From Candidatus Latescibacterota bacterium (GTDB lineage Bacteria; Latescibacterota; UBA2968; UBA8231), in NCBI GenBank assembly GCA_965208105.1, contig OZ242318.1:3680001-3744000 (forward strand): a DNA stretch of 64,000 nucleotides. The letters run 5' to 3'. The translations under genes were made by a program, and so were the position numbers. Under the pieces are notes generated by a model. It was not told the origin of the DNA. It did not search any database and saw only the letters and a program-made list of their open reading frames with translations. Of this stretch, positions 29,253-37,720 are shown piece by piece. Each line of letters starts with the position of its first letter. Position 1 is the first letter of the stretch.

Positions 29253-29945
29253 TTGTCCGGGCAATCTGAGCGCGACATGGTATTGCGGGCGCGGGGGATC
29301 CGCAAGGTCTTCCGGTCCGGGGAGGAGGAGCTGGAGGTCCTCGCTCACGTGGACCTCGAAGTGACCCGGGGCGAGTCCCTCGCCATCATGGGAGCTTCCG
29401 GGGTGGGCAAGAGCACCCTGCTGCACATCCTGGGGACCCTGGACCGCCCCACCTCGGGGGAGCTGACCATCGACGCGGTGGACGTTCTGCGCGTGTCCGA
29501 CGCGGACCTGGCCGCTTTCCGCAGCAGGCACATCGGCTTCGTCTTTCAGTTCCACCACCTTCTGCCCGAGTTCAGCGCCCTCGAGAACGTCATGATGCCG
29601 GCGATGATCGCTTCGAAGCGGGGCCCGCTCCTGGAGGCGGAGGCCAGGGACCTGCTCGTCGCGGTGGGATTGGAAGAACGCCTGCATCATCGCCCCGGAG
29701 AGCTGTCGGGGGGAGAATGCCAGCGGGTGGCCCTGGTGCGGGCCCTGGTGATGAAACCCCGGGTCGTGCTGGCCGACGAACCTTCCGGTAACCTCGATTC
29801 GGCCACCAGCGAGAGGCTGCACGCATTGATCAGGGAATTTTCCCGGTCCCATGGACAGACTTTCGTGGTCATGACCCACGACCACGGACTGGCTGCCGGC
29901 ATGGACCGGGTCGGGCGGCTCGAGGAAGGCGTGCTGCGCCTCTAG
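29253..29945 (+). CDS. lolD: Lipoprotein-releasing ABC transporter ATPase
   Basis: GASGVGKSTLL, GFVFQFHHLL (LolD motif), LSGGE.QR, ADEP.GNLD; start could be 29277. Confidence 0.9.
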   Translation: MSGQSERDMVLRARGIRKVFRSGEEELEVLAHVDLEVTRGESLAIMGASGVGKSTLLHILGTLDRPTSGELTIDAVDVLRVSDADLAAFRSRHIGFVFQFHHLLPEFSALENVMMPAMIASKRGPLLEAEARDLLVAVGLEERLHHRPGELSGGECQRVALVRALVMKPRVVLADEPSGNLDSATSERLHALIREFSRSHGQTFVVMTHDHGLAAGMDRVGRLEEGVLRL

Positions 29946-29973
29946 CGGGCGGCCGGACAGGAGGAGCAAAGGC

Positions 29974-30483
29974 GTGAACACCTGCGAGTTGTGCCACGAA
30001 CATCCGGCCACGGTCGTGTCGGCCCACATTGTGGGGAAGAAAAAGAACATTCTGCACCTTTGCAGCTTCTGCGCCTCCAAGCAGCACGGGGTCGAGACCA
30101 AGGGGACGAAGGTGGAGATCGTGGTCAAGAAGGGGAAGGCCAAGATCCTCGATGAGGACGGGGAGCCCTTCACCGCCCAGTGCGCCGAATGCGGAATGAC
30201 CTACGAGACCTTCAAGGAAGGAGGCCGCTTCGGCTGCCACGCCTGCTACTCCGCCTTCGAGCCGCAGCTGGACCGCCTGCTGAAGCGCATCCACGGGGCG
30301 GTCGAGCACCGCGGCAAGGGGCCGGTGCGGCGCCGGGTGCTGCCCGTTCCGGCGGAGGAGCTGGAGAGCCTGCGCGAGGAGCTCGAGGCCGCGGTGGCCG
30401 ATGAGGCTTTCGAGAAGGCGGCCGACCTCCGCGACCGGATCGTCAGGCTCCGCGGGGAAGGAACCGGGGATGCACCTGAGTGA
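29974..30483 (+). CDS. mcsA: Protein-arginine kinase activator McsA (UvrB/C motif)
   Basis: Four CxxC pairs, GRFGC..CY..F, LKRIHG, C-terminal E.FE.AA.LRD. Confidence 0.88.
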   Translation: MNTCELCHEHPATVVSAHIVGKKKNILHLCSFCASKQHGVETKGTKVEIVVKKGKAKILDEDGEPFTAQCAECGMTYETFKEGGRFGCHACYSAFEPQLDRLLKRIHGAVEHRGKGPVRRRVLPVPAEELESLREELEAAVADEAFEKAADLRDRIVRLRGEGTGDAPE

Positions 30484-31555
30484 GCTGGCCAACAATCCCG
30501 CCCACTGGTTGAGCGGTGCGGACGACGCCCGCGGCATAGTCGTCAGCTGCAGGGCGCGGCTCGCCCGCAATCTCAGCACCCGCCCCTTCGCCAGGACGGC
30601 CACCGAGGAGGACCAGGAATACGTCATCGAGCAGGTGCTCGTGGCCGCCAGGCGCAGCCGACATCTGCACAACGCCGTGTTTCTCAAGATGAACGCGCTG
30701 AACTCCGACCAGCGCCGTTTCCTGGTCGAGCGCCACCTCGTCAGTCCGGCCCTGGCGGCGGGCAAGGGGCAGCGCGGCGTGCTCTACAACCGGGACGAGT
30801 CCCTCAGCGTGATGGTCAACGAGGAGGACCACCTGCGCCTGCAGGCCATTCTGCCCGGGATGCAGGCCAGGGAGGCATGGTCGCGGATCAACGCCCTCGA
30901 TGACGAGCTGGGCGCCGGACTGGACTATGCCCACTCCGAGAGATGGGGCTATTTGACCGCCTGTCTGACCAACACCGGCACCGGGCTGCGGGCATCCGTC
31001 CTCATCCACCTTCCGGCCCTCGTCCTCACCGAGGACATGCAGAGGGTGATGCGCGGCCTGGAGAAGATGTCCTTCGCGGTGCGGGGAGTCTACGGCGAGG
31101 GCACCAATGCCACCGGCAACCTGTACCAGGTATCCAACCAGGCCACCCTGGGGAAGTCGGAGGAGGAGGTGGTCGGCGAGCTCGCCCGCCTGACCGGGCA
31201 GCTCATCGAGTACGAGAAGGAGGCACAGGAAACCCTGATGGAGTCGGCGCGTTCCCAGGTGGAGGACAAGGTCTGGCGCGCCTACGGGGTCCTTTCCCAC
31301 GCCCGCGTCCTGGGCAGCCAGGAGCTCATGAACCTGCTGTCCGCCCTGCGCCTGGGGTACAGCCTGGGAATGGTCGAGGACGTGCCCTCGAGTTTCATGA
31401 ACCACCTGATGATCGTCACCCAGCCCTCCCACCTCCACGCCGAGGCCGGCAGCATACTCGAGCCCGAGGAAAGAGACGTTCGCCGGGCGGCGTTGGTGCG
31501 CCGGCTCCTGGGGGAGTTGAAGTCCAAGGGGAAGGGGGGTAGTGGGTCGGGTTGA
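30470..31555 (+). CDS. mcsB: Protein-arginine kinase McsB
   Basis: R.RLARN, NEEDHLR, GYLTAC.TN.GTGLRASV..HLP, YQVSNQ.TLG. Confidence 0.95.
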   Translation: MHLSELANNPAHWLSGADDARGIVVSCRARLARNLSTRPFARTATEEDQEYVIEQVLVAARRSRHLHNAVFLKMNALNSDQRRFLVERHLVSPALAAGKGQRGVLYNRDESLSVMVNEEDHLRLQAILPGMQAREAWSRINALDDELGAGLDYAHSERWGYLTACLTNTGTGLRASVLIHLPALVLTEDMQRVMRGLEKMSFAVRGVYGEGTNATGNLYQVSNQATLGKSEEEVVGELARLTGQLIEYEKEAQETLMESARSQVEDKVWRAYGVLSHARVLGSQELMNLLSALRLGYSLGMVEDVPSSFMNHLMIVTQPSHLHAEAGSILEPEERDVRRAALVRRLLGELKSKGKGGSGSG

Positions 31556-31562
31556 GATTTAA

Positions 31563-31594
31563 TCTCATTCGGGTCCTGTCTCATTCGGGTCCTG
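31563..31594 (+). repeat. 16-bp tandem direct repeat TCTCATTCGGGTCCTG x2
   Basis: Read directly just after the mcsB stop. Confidence 0.85.
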
Positions 31595-31659
31595 TAATGT
31601 TTATTTTTATACTGCAACCGTTAATATTGCCAAATCCACAGGGAATAGGGAAGCATGCC

Positions 31660-33483
31660 ATGACGAGTTTGTTGAAATCGATGCTCATTGCGGTAATGAC
31701 CTTGGTCATTACCTCATGCGCAGACAGTCCCACCATGCCAAAGGGTAGCCCCAGTCCTGGCAATGGGATAAAGGTTGTAACTGCGGAAGGAAGGCCAATA
31801 TCCAAAGCAGAGGGATACTTGCTCAATAAAAAAGACTGGTCCATGCAGAAGGTGTCCACCAACGCCAAGGGCCGCCTCAAGATAGATCAACCTCTTGCCC
31901 AGGGCAATTATTGGCTAGGCATCTTGGTCGAAGGCGAGGTCTTGGTCGACACCAACGTTGCGAGCGGCCAGGAGACAGCGGTCGTGCATCCCATGAAGCT
32001 GCCGTCGTCCAAGCCAGCCCAAAATGACGATGCCCTGATTCGCGGGGATGTAGATGGGAACGGAGAAGTGAATCAAACCGATGTCATTGCCTTCTTCCTG
32101 AAACTTATCACGGGGCAGACGTTCAGCCTGCAGGCCAACATCAATGGCGACGAGAGTACCGACTGGATTGATCTGGCGCTGTTGGGAGCCTATGTGTATG
32201 GCGGTCCGGACGCCGAAAATCCCTGGAACATCGGTCAGCCCATCGGCGATCCTCCTACGCAGCCGCCTACGCCTCCTCCAACACCTCCACCCACTCCACC
32301 TCCCACACCGCCGCCAGACCCCTACCGCGATGGAAGCTCGATAGAACGGGCGATCATCGTGCCGGATCCCAACTACGTTTTCCAAGGGGAGCAGTTGGAA
32401 GCCGGGCAGCAGATCTTCTATCGAGTGGACGTTCCCTCTACCGGGCGCCTGGTCGTCCACTCCGCGGGAAGCACCGATACCTACGGGACACTCATTTACA
32501 GAAGCAACCGGGTGGATCGAAACGACGACGGCGGCTCGGGCAGAAACTTTCTGATGGATGTTTCCACCTATACCGGACCGCACTACGTCGCTGTAAGGGG
32601 GTATAGCAATGTGGTCAGCGGCGCCTACGACCTCAACGTGGAATTCTTTCCATTCACCTCCGACCAGGCCTTCAACATCGAGCTCCGCTATGTGGCCCGG
32701 TTTTCTGCTGAGGAAAAAGCGGAATTCCAGCGCGCCGCCTCCCATTGGGAGAGAATAATTCAGGCCGACGCGGAGGACATCTATTATTTCTCTGGGAACC
32801 CTACGACGCTCTCCATAGAATGGTTCGGCTCCGACGTAACGATAGATGGCGTTATCGATGATCTGCTGGTTTTCGTGAACTGAGGCACGATAAACGGCGG
32901 GGCGGCGTCCTCAGACCAGGGAATTTTCCGTGAAGATGAGAGCGGATTGCCTTTTTTGGGACTGGTCATGATGGGGGAGGTCGTCCTGGAGTCGGAGGAC
33001 CTGGCGGATGGAACCACCTACGACATATTCCTCCATGAATTAGCTCACACTATGGGCTTCGGATTGATGTGGGACCGCGGGAATTTACTGGCCAATCCGT
33101 CTTCTCGTTTGGCCGGCCGCGACACCCACTTCCGCGGATTCAATGCCGTGAGGGCGTTCGACCAGTCGGGCGGAGAGGACTATATCGGGGGGAAAGTGCC
33201 CGTGGAAAACAGCGCCGAGGCTCCCGGCCCCGGCAGCCGGGACCTCCATTGGAGAGAGTCTGTCTTTGGGGGCGAGGTAATGACCTGGATTCATCGGGGA
33301 GTGCGAGCCCCCCTGAGCAACATCACCCTGCAGTCCTTGTTCGATCTGGGCTATCTGGTGGACGCAAGCCTGGCCGATCCCTATGTGATTCCTGAAACCC
33401 CTGCATTGTCAGCCGGTGATTTTGACCCCGACAGACTCCAATGCACCCTTCACGGCCCGATTTTGATGCCGGGGGGACATTAA
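31660..33483 (+). pseudogene. Lipoprotein with dockerin, Pro/Thr linker, PPC domain and leishmanolysin-like (M8) Zn protease; interrupted by in-frame TGA at 32881-32883
   Basis: Lipobox ITSC; GDVDGNGEV / ANINGD dockerin pair; PPT repeat; PPC DTYG...NDD...NF; FNIELRY...AA..WE.II; HELAHTMG, SRDLHWRE, EVM. ORFs 31552-32883 and 32947-33483 are in the same frame. Confidence 0.75.
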
Positions 33484-33836
33484 GAGGGCACCACTCCTGT
33501 AACCTTGACAATTATAATGTGAAGATGAGAGCTGCCTTTGTAATCACATTGGCGTCTTCGGCAAGATTCCTGCCGGGTCAACTCCAGCCCCTTTTCTGAC
33601 AGGAAAAATAAATACAATAACTGTCAGGCGAAATCGAGCTTGTTTTAAATCACTCTACTTGGACTTGATCAAGGGGGCAAGGTCAGCCTCCGGGGCCAAG
33701 AAGCCATCCTGTCAACGAGAAGTAGGCTGGAAGTTATCCACTGGGATGGGCCCCACATGGCCCTGGTTCAAATTCAGAGGGTGATACCCCTCGTGGGGAC
33801 AGGTCATAATCCGAGGGAAGGGACGGGAAGTGCTCG

Positions 33837-36203
33837 TCAGGATTCTGTTTTCTCACCCAGGCGATACCCGACGCGGGGCTCGGTGAAAAGAAAGGTTGGG
33901 TTGGCGGCGTCGTCTCCCAGCTTGCGGCGGAGGTTTTTTACGGCGGCGCGCACCACCCGTGGATCGATGCTGCCCGGCCCCCAGACCGTTTGCAGCAATT
34001 GTTCGTGGGTTACTACCCATCCGGGGTGAACAGATAGCTCCGCCAACAGGCGATACTCGATGTCGGTCAATCGCACACGCTGCCCGGCCACCGTCACACA
34101 GCGTCCGGCGTAGTCGATGGTCAACTCTCCCAGCACATAGGGTTCCGTGGGATCTGTAATGCCGGATGCCGCCCGTTTGCGCAGAGTCGCCCGCATCCGG
34201 GCGGCCAGTTCCGTCTGTGAGAAGGGTTTGACCATGTAGTCGGCTGCCCCCGCATCGAAGGCCCGGGCGATCACCTCGTCCTGGCCATAGGCGGACAGGA
34301 AGATGACGGGCGCATTCGAGGTCTCGGAAAGGTCTTTCATCAGGTCTATCCCGTCGACGCCGGGCAGCACCAGATCCAGCAACACCAGGTGGGGATGGTG
34401 CTTCTCCATGAGGTGGGGCACATCCTTGGGGTCGGCGGTCACGATGGGAACATAGCCTGATTTGCGAAGGGCATCCCGTATGGTGCGCAGCGCCTGCGGG
34501 TCGTCGTCCACCACCAGGATGGGGGTTCGGTTCCGCTTCGTCGTCGCCCTGCGAGCAGTCCGAGGGAGATCTGAGGCGAGGGCATTCCCCTCCTCCTCGG
34601 CCAGGGGAAGGGTGAAGCTAACAAGAGTACCCTTACCCACGCCCTCGCTTTCCGCCCAAATGCGGCCTCCATGGGCCTCGACAATGCCCTTGCAGATGGC
34701 CAGGCCAAGGCCCCGCCCCTCCTCGCCACAGTCTTGGTCCGGTTCCACTCGCCGGGAAAACTTGCGGAAAAGGTGCGACAGGCGCTCGGCCGACACGCCT
34801 CGGCCCTGGTCGCCCACCGAGACGGCCACGTGGTCCCCCTCCCATACCGCGGCTATGCGGATTATGGTCGACTCGGGCGAGTGCCGGGCCGCGTTGCCCA
34901 GGAGGTTGCCGAGGACCTGCACGAGGCGCCGACGGTCCGCCATCACTCGAGGAAGATCCGGCGCCATCTCGATCTGCAGCGGATGCCGGTTCCCGCCACT
35001 CGAAAAGACCTTTCGGGCTTCGTCCACCAGATCGCCCACGGATTCCGGTTCGGGATGAATCAGCAGGGTGCCCGTTTCGATGCGGGCCACGTCCAGCAGG
35101 TCGTGGATCAGGCCCGTCATTCGGTCGGCCTGCTGATTGATGATGCGAAAGAACGGGATCGTCTCGGCCGGGCTCAGGTCGGTCGAGTTTCCCAGCACGG
35201 TGACGGCAGCGCCCTTGACAGCCGCCAGCGGGGTCCGCAGCTCGTGGCTGACCATGGCCAGAAACTCCGCCCGCAGCCGCTCCAGGTCTTCCAGGTGCGC
35301 CATGTCCTGCACGGTGACGACAAAGGACTCCAAGTCTCCATCCTCCGAGCGGATGGGGGTGGCGTTGACGAGGACGGTCATTTCGCGGCCGTCGGGGCCT
35401 TGGAGAAGGACCTCCTCGGTGCTCACCGCCTCCCCTGCTCTCAGAATATTGGATATGGGGTTTGTTCTCAAGGAGGTCTCCCTGCCGTCCTCCCGGCGGA
35501 TGTTCAGGACTTTCAACAGGGCCTCGACAGTCTGCCCTGGGGCGCGCAGGTACTCAAAGATCCGGAGCGCCTCCTTGTTGGTAGACCGAGGCAGGTCCTT
35601 CCCCCCATCGAAGACGACCACACCCACGGGGGAGATGTCGATCAGGGTCTCCAGGTCGGCCCGGGCCCTCTGCTCGTCCCGGTGTCTGCGGGCATTGGCG
35701 ATGACCAGCGCCGCCTGGGAGGCGAACATGGTCAGGATCTCCTCGTCTTCTTTTGTGAACGCCCTACCGGTCTCCTTGTTGGCAAGATAGATGTTGCCCC
35801 TGCACTCGTCTTGGTGGCGCAAGGGAGCGGCCAGGAAACAACTTACCTCCATGGGGGGCCGGAAGTCAGGGATACCCAGCATTCGGGTGTAGCGGGCAAA
35901 GTCCTTGACCCTCCGAGGGCTTGAAATGTTGCAAAAGTGCTCCCCTGGGGTCGTCTCCCATAATTTCTCGGCCTCCTGGTCCGACATGCCGGAGGCAATT
36001 AAGCCATCAACTTTCCCGGAATCGTCCAAGGTGGCAATCACGCCGTAGCGGGCGTCGGTCAGCGACCGGGCGCTGTCCAGGACCCCCTGCAACACCGTCT
36101 GCAGATCAAGGCTTTCGTTGATGCGCAGGCTCGCCTGGCTCAATCGCGACAGGCGTTGCCGAAGGGTCTTGATCTCTCGTGCCGTTGCCTCGGTTGGATG
36201 CAT
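33837..36203 (-). CDS. Hybrid sensor kinase-response regulator fusion (GAF-PAS-HisKA-HATPase-REC-winged helix)
   Basis: SHELRTPL, N-box NLLGNA, DQGRGV, GLGLAI; VVDDD...LLDLVLPG...KPF; LTDIEYRLL...TEPRVGYRL. Confidence 0.92.
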   Translation of the reverse strand: MHPTEATAREIKTLRQRLSRLSQASLRINESLDLQTVLQGVLDSARSLTDARYGVIATLDDSGKVDGLIASGMSDQEAEKLWETTPGEHFCNISSPRRVKDFARYTRMLGIPDFRPPMEVSCFLAAPLRHQDECRGNIYLANKETGRAFTKEDEEILTMFASQAALVIANARRHRDEQRARADLETLIDISPVGVVVFDGGKDLPRSTNKEALRIFEYLRAPGQTVEALLKVLNIRREDGRETSLRTNPISNILRAGEAVSTEEVLLQGPDGREMTVLVNATPIRSEDGDLESFVVTVQDMAHLEDLERLRAEFLAMVSHELRTPLAAVKGAAVTVLGNSTDLSPAETIPFFRIINQQADRMTGLIHDLLDVARIETGTLLIHPEPESVGDLVDEARKVFSSGGNRHPLQIEMAPDLPRVMADRRRLVQVLGNLLGNAARHSPESTIIRIAAVWEGDHVAVSVGDQGRGVSAERLSHLFRKFSRRVEPDQDCGEEGRGLGLAICKGIVEAHGGRIWAESEGVGKGTLVSFTLPLAEEEGNALASDLPRTARRATTKRNRTPILVVDDDPQALRTIRDALRKSGYVPIVTADPKDVPHLMEKHHPHLVLLDLVLPGVDGIDLMKDLSETSNAPVIFLSAYGQDEVIARAFDAGAADYMVKPFSQTELAARMRATLRKRAASGITDPTEPYVLGELTIDYAGRCVTVAGQRVRLTDIEYRLLAELSVHPGWVVTHEQLLQTVWGPGSIDPRVVRAAVKNLRRKLGDDAANPTFLFTEPRVGYRLGEKTES

Positions 36204-36392
36204 GTCGCCCTCCTAAGGGGGTGATATGGCACTCCTCTATGTCTTCAAGAAATGCGCTTGGGAGCGGACCCATCCCCATATTTTCATAAAAAAATCATTA
36301 TAAGTCAAGGGATTTATCACGTATTCCTCATAAACGGATAGTATATTCCAAAAATTGTTTCTTCCGGATGAAGATCTTCAAAGGGAGTGAGC

Positions 36393-37720
36393 ATGATGAA
36401 GCGAATAATCGGTGTTCTCATGGTTCTGTGCTTGGCGCCCGGGATGCAGGCAGGAGCCGAGCCGCTGGTGGAGGGCCGGGTGCGGCTGGCCTCGGGCGAG
36501 CCGGCCGTCGGCGCCTCTGTGCGGCTCTTCGATTTGGCCGATTTGCGTAAGTGGGTCGGCGCCACCACCGATGAGGCGGGCTATTTCGCCCTGCCGTTGC
36601 GGGCCTTGCCGGGGGCGGCGGCCCTGCCGGAGCGCTTCGCGCTGGGGCCGAACTATCCCAATCCGTTCAACCCTTCCACCCTGATTCCCTACCAACTGCC
36701 GCTGGCGACCCACGTGCGGCTGGAGGTATTCAACGTCCTGGGGCAGCGGGTGGCGACGGTGGTGGACGGGGAGCAGTCGGCGGGTTTTCACACGGCGCGT
36801 TGGGACGCCACCGATGCGGCGGGTCGGGCGGCGGCGGCCGGGGTCTATCTCTACCGGCTGCAAGCCGGCGGGGAGAGCATAACCCGGCGCATGGTGTTGA
36901 TTGACGGGCAGGCCGGCCTGCCAAGGGCGTCGTCGGGCGGCTGGGCGCCGGCGGAGGCAGGCCCCCCGGAAACGGGCATCCCGGTCTATGGCTTGACCGT
37001 CTCCGGTGAAGGGCTGGTCCCCTACGTGGACCCGGGCTTCGGCCTGGAGGCTGGCAGGGGGCCGGTGGACCTGGTGGTCGAGGCCCGGGCTGACGGCCCG
37101 CCGGCGAAGGTGGCCACCGAGGGGACGGGCGGGATCCTGGGCGACGTCAACAACGACGGCCAGGTCACCATGGCCGACGCGCTGGTGGTGGTGATCCACC
37201 ATCTCGATGCAACGCTTGCCGCCCCCAACAACGGCGATATTTCGCTGGGCGACGTCAACGCAGACGGCCGCATCGATCTGACCGACGCGCTGCTCATCAT
37301 GACCTACAGCGTCAATCCGAACGATCCGACCTTGCCGGAGGGGATCGGGGGTCCGGTCGCGGAGGAGAGCCCTGCTCCGGATGGTGATTTGCGCTACCCG
37401 GAGGCGACGCCGGTCGCTGCCAACAGTCAGACGGCGGGTATGCTGGCGGGTGGGGAGACCGACTATTATCGCGTCACCCTCAGCGGCCCCGGCACCCTGG
37501 TGGCCTACACCACCGGCGGCACGGATACCTACGGGTACCTGGAGGATAACGCCGGCACGGTGCGGGACCAAAACGACGATGCGGTCAGGGGCAACCGCAA
37601 CTTCCGCGTATCGGCGGTCGTTACGGCCGGCACCTACTACGTCCGGGTCCGCGGTTTTGTTGCGTCCATCACCGGCGCCTATACCCTGCACGTAGAGTTC
37701 GAGCCGGGGGAAACGGTCGC
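36393..37720 (+). repeat. 1328-bp direct repeat copy 1 (copy 2 at 40087-41414)
   Basis: Colinear without indels (offset 3694); about a dozen substitutions by eye, clustered 5'. Confidence 0.95.

Noticed and set aside
33596-33745. CTGACAG-N18-CTGTCAG inverted repeat and a TTATCCAC DnaA-box-like or IS-end-like sequence
   Set aside because: Short, single occurrences with no partner end or box cluster; compatible with chance.
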